Shown here one piece after another: positions 49,301-58,100 of a stretch of DNA of 64,000 nt. Position 1 is the stretch's first letter. The number at the start of each line of letters is the position of its first letter. Below the pieces are notes generated by a model. It did not search any database. It had not been told where the DNA came from and was given only the letters and a program-made list of their open reading frames with translations. Origin of the DNA: a virus; IMG/VR virus record IMGVR_UViG_3300032220_001356, positions 26,726 to 90,725 of that record. One strand, 5' to 3'. The translations under genes were made by a program, and so were the position numbers.

Positions 49301-49477
49301 ACAACTTCACCAACTGCCCCAAGTGCAATCATACCATATGTTCCTGTTGTACCACCGCCTCCAAAACCACCCATTGGAATAGGGGCACCAGTATCACCAA
49401 CAATTCCTTCTATTTCTACAAGCCCAGCAAGACCATTTTCTTCTGTACCTGTCGGAGAAGACAGAATAATAAGATAA
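46358..49477 (+). CDS. Virion structural protein with FN3-like segments and Pro/Ser/Thr-rich inserts
   Basis: DTQVVYGKTYDY and FIDSLEFNTKYYYTFR.ID..NNIS (FN3-like); low-complexity PTS tracts. Confidence 0.6.
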   Translation: MKKTYYPPNLVSNLSNRELKLKFHEIGYRLNREFYFPTTTDDSAIISIIKEFYTASGIEDPILSVYPNYFVKTPNGIENLQRETHPFYGLFNVVIGPRYYDPLYGYRNSFEITINKEILKGFIAVFIVDDISLIETDYLDDYYSTLFVIALEDLITNLTTTITPSPLSPSLSIPKKLFYSRYSVNKHTEQSVTTYTENPFYYKFESQYNFYNRKYENVFSSGSTLPDSIIPNLYACNSYIYFDEPERIRKVVSLDGRVPITEESLLNEKYYTDYASAVEAITDPAEFSTITKTKNYVLDPANSNISSVPLSSENFPYCVKMKLSNYYSDPVETFMTEKKLNTYVVNNSHYLFNNEISKPTSISITGSNFYVIEDEVFLVPNEAGSYVGGDGRTYDVITSVIQSTQSVDNTDYTNLFNYDSASAGFVVYPYSEYKFYSTENRNYLSYLSRPLSVFTYLNFNSFQKTLSSLVQDYSSVLNLTELSAYNLNFQVEKSVSGSVVNNFSFSRNEDIEFSVDDTQVVYGKTYDYRFYGINYVNSFSYVLSDVYIGYSGTIAPTSSGTLTPPEISTRERIEVLPYGSDGLTFPASSIELAGEILSTSEGLPTPDVSVTPSIIPSTGLPSPITSRTILSATEIADTARRALLSTTERRRPASITSRNAPPFSLETRPFPNKPDINFPTIPTPLPEKSPTPPAIIGTITFEDDTKIYKNFLFDKSFAVFDNPPPLVGIQILPLLNSPNNLLFLLNSSNFSYLEEPRIIYPSDFDYFRKLRIIQDLGTKKILFEGADDLVSVDVFRTTTPPKRYSDFADYFYRSIEFQLDDYGRTSATDFIDSLEFNTKYYYTFRGIDVHNNISNATEVYEVEIVNNDGAIYSIVKNYDLRETGLEYQYTKPFKKYISINPSIFYTSIQQNEEGRIIIGDNNSGMWGEKFKIRVRSKESGKCFDINFTFNKKTYNAIDGTSELNDFEPEVFEPSLDIPGPTTTSPTAPSAIIPYVPVVPPPPKPPIGIGAPVSPTIPSISTSPARPFSSVPVGEDRIIR

Positions 49478-49516
49478 TTTAAAAATAAAAAAAAACAAAC
49501 TAATTATTTTTACACA

Positions 49517-49532
49517 CTATTTAAATAGAGGT
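49517..49532 (+). promoter_or_regulatory. Putative late-promoter motif (palindrome CTATTTAAATAG) followed by a GAGGT RBS
   Basis: In a 63-bp intergenic region before the tail gene at 49541. Confidence 0.55.
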
Positions 49533-49540
49533 TATACAAT

Positions 49541-50491
49541 ATGGCATTTTTAGATAACAGCGGCGATATCATCCTTGATGCAGTTTTAACTGATACAGGT
49601 AGATATAGATTAGCTAAAGGCGATGGTTCTTTTAAAATAACACAATTTGTTTTGGCAGATGATGAAATAAATTATAATTTATATGATAAAAACCATCCTT
49701 CTGGTTCTGCATATTTTGATCTAGAAATATTACAAACACCAGTTTTTGAAGCTTTTACAAACAACACTTCTGTAGTTAAACATCCATTATTAAGCATAAC
49801 AGCTACAAATCTTTTATATCTTCCTGTTATGAACTTAAATACCAACAATGCCCGTACTGGAACTACCACATTGCAAGGAACTCCATTAGTTTCAGCATAT
49901 GATACTTATTTTGTCACTTGTGACGCTACCACCAACACAGAACTTGTGCCTTCAAGTGTTGATGGAGCATTTGATGGTTATAGTCTTACCATAACTGGTC
50001 ACGGATTCCGTATTGATCAAGGGTTGGATACTACAGAAATCGCACCAGATACTTTAATTTCTCGCGATCTTTTAGAAACACAATATGTTGTACAAATTGA
50101 CAATAGATTGGCAAGAATAGTATCAAGTGACTCTTCACCTGTTACAGCCGTTCCATCATTTATAGATGATGACAATATCGCAAGCTATGCCTTTACTGAT
50201 GCATTAGTACGATTTGTCCAAAAAATTAGCCTTGATACCTCCTCTCCTCCAACATCATACAACAATAATCAAGTTATTCTTGGACCAAAAGGAACTTGTT
50301 TGGGCTTTTCTCTACAAGTAACACCAGATTTAGTAACAAGTACGTTTTTATTTACTACACTAGGTTCCACTTTTAGTTATGGTGGAAAAACTTATTACTA
50401 CATTGATTCAAACATTGTAGTTCGCGGAGTTACAACTGGTTCGATAATAACAATCCCTGTTAGATTTATTAAATATAAATCAACACCATAA
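49541..50491 (+). CDS. Tail/baseplate structural protein
   Basis: MAFLDNSGDIILDAVLT..G, DDEINY, ILQTPVFEAF; sits in the tail/baseplate cluster. Confidence 0.65.
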   Translation: MAFLDNSGDIILDAVLTDTGRYRLAKGDGSFKITQFVLADDEINYNLYDKNHPSGSAYFDLEILQTPVFEAFTNNTSVVKHPLLSITATNLLYLPVMNLNTNNARTGTTTLQGTPLVSAYDTYFVTCDATTNTELVPSSVDGAFDGYSLTITGHGFRIDQGLDTTEIAPDTLISRDLLETQYVVQIDNRLARIVSSDSSPVTAVPSFIDDDNIASYAFTDALVRFVQKISLDTSSPPTSYNNNQVILGPKGTCLGFSLQVTPDLVTSTFLFTTLGSTFSYGGKTYYYIDSNIVVRGVTTGSIITIPVRFIKYKSTP

Positions 50492-50508
50492 TTTTAAGGT
50501 AATATAAA

Positions 50509-51543
50509 ATGGCATCAACATACAAAGTTTTAAATCCAACAAGCGACATTGTTTCAACTACCACATTGTTGCATGAAGCAATACCTATAACTGGAACAAT
50601 CGTTTCTGGAACATATAGCGATAATAATATTCAAAATTATACCCACCAAATGTTCCAATCTGTATATGATTATCCATATTTAAGCTCTTCTGCCAATCAT
50701 ATATTCGATATTGCTGTTGGGTTTTCATCAGATTCGCCATTATCATCTTCTTCTGGCAACCAAAACGCAAAGAAGATAAATATATACAATCAAATGGCAC
50801 AAATTTTGGTTGGACACGATATAACTGGTTCAATTATGAAGTTTGATAAAAATGGAGACTTTACTACAACTGGCGATAAAATAAAAGAAGCAATCTTCTT
50901 GCCATTTGCAAGATTGCTTGTAAAAGACCAAATTAAAAAAGGTTCATTTGAAATCAAATTACTAACTGGCTCCGCAAACACAAGTCCAGCCAACACTTTG
51001 ACAATTGGTGATTATGGCGCAGCCACAGACTATAGAACAAATTCACCAGCAGGAGAATATGGAATTCTTTATACCTCTTCTGCTGCCGCAGCAGATACCG
51101 GTGTTGGTCTTATCTACTATCAAGCTGGTGTTGTTGTTTTAACCGCATCTGTTTTCAATGGTAACTTTGGTCCTAGAGCAGATACTTCCACATATACATC
51201 TTCAATTGGTGCTTATTTAACAAGTGGAAGCATCACAGGTTCTTGCAATGGATTTAGAAATAGATTATACAATGTTCAATTTAATAACACAACAGAATTA
51301 AATTCTACGGTTTATTTCTGCCGTGCAAATTCAAATGAATTTAATTATTCTTCTAATCCAACATATGTATCCGAAAGCAAGATCATAGTTAAAAATGTTT
51401 CTACCGATGCTCCTGTTTCTTATATTACTACGGTAGGTTTGTATTCAGCAGATAACGAATTATTAGCTGTAGCAAAAGTATCTGAACCATTAAGAAAAAC
51501 AATTGATTCTGAGCTTACATTAAGAGTTAGATTAGATTACTAA
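50509..51543 (+). CDS. Tail/baseplate structural protein (paralog of 51553-52725)
   Basis: IKKGSF, G.IYY..G..VL, EFNYSSNPTY, YITTVGLY..DNELLAVAK.S.P.RK. Confidence 0.65.
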   Translation: MASTYKVLNPTSDIVSTTTLLHEAIPITGTIVSGTYSDNNIQNYTHQMFQSVYDYPYLSSSANHIFDIAVGFSSDSPLSSSSGNQNAKKINIYNQMAQILVGHDITGSIMKFDKNGDFTTTGDKIKEAIFLPFARLLVKDQIKKGSFEIKLLTGSANTSPANTLTIGDYGAATDYRTNSPAGEYGILYTSSAAAADTGVGLIYYQAGVVVLTASVFNGNFGPRADTSTYTSSIGAYLTSGSITGSCNGFRNRLYNVQFNNTTELNSTVYFCRANSNEFNYSSNPTYVSESKIIVKNVSTDAPVSYITTVGLYSADNELLAVAKVSEPLRKTIDSELTLRVRLDY

Positions 51544-51552
51544 TTTGATGTT

Positions 51553-52725
51553 ATGTTTATTCCAATAAAGCAAAACGAAATTTTCATTAATCAATACGAA
51601 TTTAATCCAAATGTTAATTTCTATGTATTTGATGGAAAACAATATTTAAACAATAAAGGTCAAATATCTGGCGCTTTTGCTTCAAATGTTGGTAATGTTC
51701 CAATTGGTCATATCAATCTTTACGAACTGAACGTTGATAGATTATCTGGATCAAACAATTTTATCTATCCATTTATAACAAAAGATGGAAGTTTGTTGAC
51801 CTTCAAAACAATATCAACATCTTCTTTTAATACAGATTTTATGTATGGCGACATTATGACAGGTTCTTATCCATTAAGTGCCTCGATTAGTAGAGAGTTT
51901 TATCAACTTGGAGAAACCAGAAGAAGAGTCGATACATTAAGAAATACAATAAATTATTATTCTTATTTAAGTAAGCATTATGCTTATTCATCGTCTCTTG
52001 GAAATAAAGCTTCACAATCTCTTAATTTAATCAGCATACCATCTATATTTTACGGAAGTTCAATTAAAAAAGGTTCTATTGATTTATCTTTTTATATTTC
52101 TGGCACTTTAATTGGACAGCTAAAAGACGTAAATAAAAACGGAGAACTAATACAAGTAGCACCATCTGGTTCTAATGGTTCTGGCTCTGTAGCGGGAATA
52201 GCTTTATATACAGAGGGTTTTTTGATTCTAACAGGTTCTTGGGGTTTAGAAACTGGAGTTGCTAGAAATTATTTAGATGATATTTCTAATCAAGTTACAT
52301 CTTCATGGTTGTATTTTGGTGCTGGCTTGATGGGAACAGAAAATTATACTTCTGGAAGCTTGCCTTCTTCAAGTTTTGGTATTACCTTTGAAGGTACAAG
52401 TAAAGTACCAGTTATGACCATGTTAGTTCATGCTCAACGTGGAAAATTTAACAACTCTCTAAATCCAACGTATGTTGAGAAAACACAAAGAGTTGTTCCA
52501 ACAACAAGTTCAACAACATTTTATGAGAATAGATTTGTTGAAGCTGCAAATGTTGTATCCAGCTCATATAATGATCCACAAGAATATATGCAAAAAACAA
52601 CATTTATTACAAAAATTAATTTATATGATGATGAACAAAATCTAATTGGTATTGCAAAAATTTCTAAACCTGTCAAAAAAACACAAGATAGAGATTTAAC
52701 ATTTAAATTAAAATTGGATTTGTAG
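51553..52725 (+). CDS. Tail/baseplate structural protein (paralog of 50509-51543)
   Basis: IKKGSI, G.ALY..G..IL, KFNNSLNPTY, FITKINLYDD..NLIGIAK.S.P.KK. Confidence 0.65.
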   Translation: MFIPIKQNEIFINQYEFNPNVNFYVFDGKQYLNNKGQISGAFASNVGNVPIGHINLYELNVDRLSGSNNFIYPFITKDGSLLTFKTISTSSFNTDFMYGDIMTGSYPLSASISREFYQLGETRRRVDTLRNTINYYSYLSKHYAYSSSLGNKASQSLNLISIPSIFYGSSIKKGSIDLSFYISGTLIGQLKDVNKNGELIQVAPSGSNGSGSVAGIALYTEGFLILTGSWGLETGVARNYLDDISNQVTSSWLYFGAGLMGTENYTSGSLPSSSFGITFEGTSKVPVMTMLVHAQRGKFNNSLNPTYVEKTQRVVPTTSSTTFYENRFVEAANVVSSSYNDPQEYMQKTTFITKINLYDDEQNLIGIAKISKPVKKTQDRDLTFKLKLDL

Positions 52726-52730
52726 AATAA

Positions 52731-53264
52731 ATGAATAATACCCCAATGATTTTGGGACTTGATGTAAGTTCCTCGAAAATCGGCATTGCCGTTTTAGATT
52801 TAGACAAAAAAATAGTATCTACAGACTTGTTGAAGTTCAAGCCAGAAACTCCGCTTGAAGAAAGAGCAAAGCTGTTTGAGAACAAAATATCAAAATTAAA
52901 AAAGTTTTATCTTATAACTGATGTTTTTGTCGAAGAACCTTTTATTGCTTTTGGGGGTGGTAAAACAACTGCTCACACAATGGCAAAGCTTCAAAGATTT
53001 AATGGCATGTGCTGTTATTCAATTTATAGTGTTTTTGAATCGTTACCTGTTATGGTAAACGTGAGGACAGCAAGAAATAAACTTGGTATCAAAATTCCAA
53101 AAGGAACAAAACAAAATGATACTAAAAAATTCATTATTGAATACGTTGAAAGAAATCATACAGAATTTACTTACAACAAAACAGCCCAAGGTAATCCTGT
53201 GCCCGGTACGGACGACAAAGCAGACGCAATAGTAATTGCTTTGTATGGTTTACAAACTATTTAA
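52731..53264 (+). CDS. ruvC: RuvC-like Holliday junction resolvase
   Basis: ILGLDVSSSKIG, VFVEE, LQRFNG, DDKADAIVIA. Confidence 0.85.
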   Translation: MNNTPMILGLDVSSSKIGIAVLDLDKKIVSTDLLKFKPETPLEERAKLFENKISKLKKFYLITDVFVEEPFIAFGGGKTTAHTMAKLQRFNGMCCYSIYSVFESLPVMVNVRTARNKLGIKIPKGTKQNDTKKFIIEYVERNHTEFTYNKTAQGNPVPGTDDKADAIVIALYGLQTI

Positions 53265-53267
53265 TTT

Positions 53268-53939
53268 ATGACCAGTCTTGTTCGTAAGTACAAGAAACTA
53301 TTTCTTGAATTAAAGTATTTGTATGCCGAACTGGAATATTACGAAGAAGAATTGCAAGAAGCACAAGCTAGTTTTAAGGAAGCTTTTTACAATAAATGTG
53401 AAGAATTAAATCTGAACGTAAAAAGACCAGAACAAGCAAAAGAAGAAAATAATAGCACAGAAATATCGACTTCTACTAATTCTAATCCCGAAGAGGAGCA
53501 AGAAAAGGAAGAACAAGAAAATAATAGCGAACAACAAGAAAACAATACTCATATTAAAGAAGAAGAAGTTTCCGAACAACCAAAAACCGAAGATGAAGAA
53601 ATTTCCAAGTTATATAAGAAAATAGCATTTTTAACACATCCAGACTCTATTCCAACAAACGAAAAACAGCAATTAAAGCAAAAAAGAATAAAACAATTTC
53701 TTCAAGCACAAGAAGCATACAGAAACAAAAATTGGTTTTTAATTTGCGAAATTGCAATGGAATTAGGCATCGATTTACCAGAACCAAACAAAAAGCAATT
53801 AAAGTGGATTGAAGAAGAAACTTCTAAAGTAAAACAGAAAATTTCTCATATTAAAAGCTTATATGCTTGGGTTTGGCACACCAGCGAAGATAATAAAGAC
53901 GGCATCATGGAACGTTATGTGAAATCAGTTGTGAAGTAA
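53268..53939 (+). CDS. J-domain (DnaJ-like) protein with acidic linker
   Basis: ISKLYKKIAFLTHPD...F.QAQEAY (helix II-HPD-helix III); Glu/Gln/Asn-rich tract. Confidence 0.72.
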   Translation: MTSLVRKYKKLFLELKYLYAELEYYEEELQEAQASFKEAFYNKCEELNLNVKRPEQAKEENNSTEISTSTNSNPEEEQEKEEQENNSEQQENNTHIKEEEVSEQPKTEDEEISKLYKKIAFLTHPDSIPTNEKQQLKQKRIKQFLQAQEAYRNKNWFLICEIAMELGIDLPEPNKKQLKWIEEETSKVKQKISHIKSLYAWVWHTSEDNKDGIMERYVKSVVK

Positions 53940-53957
53940 AAGCCGATATGGTATAGT
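53929..53957 (+). promoter_or_regulatory. Sigma70-type promoter predicted to initiate at the primase ATG
   Basis: TTGTGA(53929-34)-17 bp-TATAGT(53952-57) with TGn extension; ATG at 53964; no SD. Confidence 0.6.
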
Positions 53958-53963
53958 ATCAAC

Positions 53964-54893
53964 ATGGCAACCAAAACCTCCCTTCTTGCATCTGCCCTTG
54001 GCGAATATCATAGGTCTGGTGAAGAAGTTTTATTCTCATGTCCCTTCTGCAAGCATCATAAGCGCAAGTTAAGTGTTAACCTGCGCTCAAATAATTATAA
54101 GTGCTGGGTTTGCGACGTTCGTGGAAAGAACGTCCGCAGACTTCTTAAAACAAGACTTTCATATTCCCAACTTTTAGATTGGGATAAACTCAATAATGTC
54201 GTTGACCTAACTCAATTAAATTCAGATTTATTTGATGTTCAACAACAGCGTATTAAAGAAATTATTGATTTACCAAATGAGTTTATATCTTTGGCTAACA
54301 AAAACTTACCAGTAACAACAAGATTTGCAACTAAGTATCTGCTTGATCGTGGTCTTACAAAGCAAGATATTATCATGTGGAAAATCGGTGTTTGTTTATC
54401 TGGCGAGTATGCTGGTCGTGTAGTTGTTCCATCTTTTGATGTTGATGGTAATTGCGATTATTTTGTAGCACGTTCTTATGGTCGTGAATTTCCAAAGTAT
54501 ATGAACCCTAACGTATCAAAAGATATTGTATTTAATGAGCTTTTTATTGATTGGAACAAAGATGTTGTACTTGTTGAGGGTGTTTTTGATGCTATGAAAG
54601 CAGAGAATTCTATTCCATTGCTTGGTTCTACTCTTAATGAAAAGACAACTTTGTTTAATAAAATTGTTCAGTATGATCCAACTATCTATATTGCTCTTGA
54701 TCCAGATGCAGAAGCAAAATCAAACGATATCATTAACAAATTAATCCATTACGATATTGAAATTTATAAAGTAGATATTTCTGGCTATGAAGACGTTGGA
54801 ACAATGACCAAACAACAATTTGTTCAACGAAAAGAAAAAGCAAGACTAATTACTGATAATTGGCTATTAGAAAATCAAATAATGGCAATTTAA
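53964..54893 (+). CDS. DNA primase (Zn-finger plus TOPRIM)
   Basis: CPFC..H...CWVC, YLLDRG, RVVVP, KYMNP, LVEGVFD, ALDPDA, DVG. Confidence 0.92.
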   Translation: MATKTSLLASALGEYHRSGEEVLFSCPFCKHHKRKLSVNLRSNNYKCWVCDVRGKNVRRLLKTRLSYSQLLDWDKLNNVVDLTQLNSDLFDVQQQRIKEIIDLPNEFISLANKNLPVTTRFATKYLLDRGLTKQDIIMWKIGVCLSGEYAGRVVVPSFDVDGNCDYFVARSYGREFPKYMNPNVSKDIVFNELFIDWNKDVVLVEGVFDAMKAENSIPLLGSTLNEKTTLFNKIVQYDPTIYIALDPDAEAKSNDIINKLIHYDIEIYKVDISGYEDVGTMTKQQFVQRKEKARLITDNWLLENQIMAI

Positions 54894-54901
54894 GGACCAA
54901 A

Positions 54902-55126
54902 ATGAAACTTTCTGAATCTCAACTTCGTTCAATTATTCGTCAAGAACTTCAAGAAATGATGACACCAGAATTTGGCGAAGATACACAACAAACTTCTAAA
55001 ATAGGTCAAGCAATTGAGCTTGCTACAAGTTTGCAAACACATCTTTCTGCTGACAAAATTGGTAGCCAAAAACTTGGTAATTTGGTAGCTATGCTACATG
55101 AAATAGACGAAGAAATGGGAAGCTAA
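54902..55126 (+). CDS. Small protein with MKLSESQLRSIIRQEL N-terminal motif
   Basis: AAGGA RBS before the ATG at 54902; motif shared with 60804-61178. Confidence 0.7.
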   Translation: MKLSESQLRSIIRQELQEMMTPEFGEDTQQTSKIGQAIELATSLQTHLSADKIGSQKLGNLVAMLHEIDEEMGS

Positions 55127-55135
55127 CAAATATCG

Positions 55136-55177
55136 TTGACTCTATCCAGACCCTGTGTTAATATAATGGATAGAGGT
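55136..55177 (+). promoter_or_regulatory. Sigma70-type promoter inside a 9-bp inverted repeat that covers the RBS
   Basis: TTGACT(55136-41)-17 bp-TAATAT with TGn; arms CTCTATCCA(55140-48) and TGGATAGAG(55167-75); GAGGT RBS overlaps the 3' arm. Confidence 0.65.
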
Positions 55178-55181
55178 ACAA

Positions 55182-58100
55182 ATGAAGATTGTTCATGTAA
55201 GCGATATTCACGTTAAAAATTTCAAGTTTCACAAACAATACAACGAAATTTTTGCAGACTTATATGAAAAAGTAAGAGATATCAAGCCAGATATTATTAT
55301 CAATACTGGAGATACTGCTCATACCAAACTTGACCTATCTCCTGCTTATTTTGAGATGACAGCCAAGTTGTTTGAGAACTTGGCGTCTATTGCTCCTTTG
55401 CATGTAATTCTTGGTAATCATGACCTTAATCTATCTAACAAAGATAGACAAGATGCCGTTACACCAATTGTCGAAGCATTAAAGAATCCTAATATTATCC
55501 TTCACAAATATTCAAAGAAGTTTAATATTGGAGATTTTAATTTTCATGTTCTCTCAATTGTGGATGAAGAAAATTGGGACTTGAACGTTGATGAATCCAA
55601 AGTAAATATTGCTTTGTTTCATGGTTCTGTTGAGGGTTCTCAAACAGATATGAATTTCACCATGACTCATGGTGATATTGGATTTGATGTTCTTGAAAAG
55701 TTTGATTATGCTTTGCTTGGAGATATCCACAAAACAAATCAATCCCTTGACTTTGCAGGACGTTGCCGTTATCCCGGCTCCCTTATTCAACAAAACCACG
55801 GAGAAACCAACGATAAAGGTTTCTTAGTTTGGAATATTGAAAGCAAAGAAAACTTCTTTGTTGAGCATGTACAACTTAATAACCCATATCCATTTTGTAC
55901 TATTGAACTTACAGAAGATGGAAAAATTCCATCCAACGTTCATGTTCCACAAAATGCAAGACTTCGTTTGCTTTCCAGAACAAACCTGCCAGCAGAGTTA
56001 ATGAAGAAAGCATCTGATGTTGCAAAGGAAAAGTTTAAGCCAGAATCTATTTCATTCCTTGCAAAAAATGCTAATAAGTCAGAAACTATTATGAACGGGA
56101 AGGTTATTGCAAGAGAAGACTTGCGTAATCCAAAGGTTCAAGAGAGACTTATTTCAGACTATCTTGCGGACTATAAAGTTCCAGAAGAAGTGTTGAAGCA
56201 AGTATATGAAATTAACTCACGCTATAACTCTCAGATTCAAGCAACAGAAGAAGTTTGTCGTAATGTTAATTGGAAATTAAAGCATGTTGAGTGGGACAAC
56301 CTTTTTAATTATGGCGAAGGTAACTCTATTGATTTCTCCAAACTAAATGGAGTTGTAGGTATCTTTGGCAAGAATTATAGCGGTAAGTCTAGCATTATTG
56401 ACTCTATCCTTTATTCAATCTTCAATACCACTTCTAAGAACGAACGTAAGACAACAAACGTAATTAACCAAACCAAGTCTTTTGGCAAGGGTAAAGCAGT
56501 TATTGAAATTGATGATTTTGATTATTACATTGACAGAAAGGCAGAAAAATATACCAAAAAACTAAAAGGTGAAGTTTCCGAAGAAGCAAAAACTGAACTT
56601 ACTCTAAATTGTTTTGATGCTCACTCTGGTCAATGGGAGCAAATGAATCAACTTACCAGAACAGACACAGACAAATATATTCGTAAAATGTTCGGTACTA
56701 TTGACGACTTTATGCTTACATCTTTTTCTTCACAACTTGATTCCATGACTTTTATTCGTGAGGGTTCTACAAGAAGAAAGGAAATTCTTGCTCGCTTTTT
56801 GGATTTGGATATCTTTGATGCTAAATTTAAAATGGCAAAAGAAGAATCTTCAAATCTTAAAGGACTCTTGAAAAAGTTGGAAGGCAAAGAGTTTGATTCC
56901 GATATTGTCAAGAGTGAAACTCTTCTTGACCAACTTAACCAAACTATCAACGACAATGCTATTTTAATTAATGAAGTAAAGTCAAAACAAGCAGATATCC
57001 AAGCAACTATTCAAGATTTGAATAACCAAATCAGCGAGTGTGGTGTTGAATCTATCGATATCGATATTGTACTGAAGCAAAAGAATAAACTTGTACAACA
57101 ACTTGATACTATCAGCACAACACTATCTGATAAGAACAAGGAACTTGAAGAAGCACAAGTATTGTTTAAGAAAATCAATGATTTCGTTGATGGGTTTGAT
57201 ATTAAACAATTAAAAGAACAAAAGGACTTTATTTCTAAGAAGCAACAAGAACTTAAAGACTTGCACGTTGAACTTTCTTCCAGCAATAAAAATATTGATA
57301 GACTAAAAGAAAAAGTAAAGTTACTTCAAGAAGTTCCTTGTGGAACACAATTTGTATATTGTAAGTTTATTAAAGATGCGTACAATGCAAAAATGTCTAT
57401 TCCATTGCACGAAGATTCACTAGAAAACGATAAGTTACAATACGATAAACTTGCAAAGGAAGTATCTGAATTTGATATTACACAAGTAAATAATCAAATT
57501 TCCAAATATGACCAAATCCTTGTCAAGAAGAACGAAACCGAAAAGAAAGTTTTAAAACTTGAAGTTGAAATTAATAAACTTGAAAATGACGCAAAAGCAG
57601 TTGAAAACAATATTGTAGAAATTGAAAAGCAAATTGAAACTTACAAAAAGAACAATGAACTTTTTGAAAAACTTGATTCACTTAATCAACAACTTGTTGA
57701 AGCAAAAAGTGAAGCAAGCAAAGTAAATAAACAATTCGCAAAATTGGATGAAGAACTTATTGATACCTATATTAAAGTAGGTTCAACCAAGAACAAGATT
57801 GAGACTCTAAAAAATGAAAAAACAGAACTGGACAACCTCAGAAATGAGTTTGCTGCTTATGATTACTATATGCGCTGTATGCATCCTAACGGAATCTCTT
57901 ATGAGATTATCAAAAAGAAACTTCCAGTTATCAATGCAGAAATTGCAAAAGTTCTTTCAAACATTGTAGAGTTTGAAGTATTTTTTGAAGACGACGGAAC
58001 AAAACTAAATGTATTTATCAAACACCCCAAATATGATGCTAGACCTATTGAAATGGGTTCTGGTGCAGAAAAAACAATTGCTGCAATGGCTATTCGTTTG

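Noticed and set aside
49541-52725. Major capsid, tail sheath or tail tube calls
   Set aside because: No gp23, gp18 or gp19 signatures were recognised; left as generic tail/baseplate proteins.
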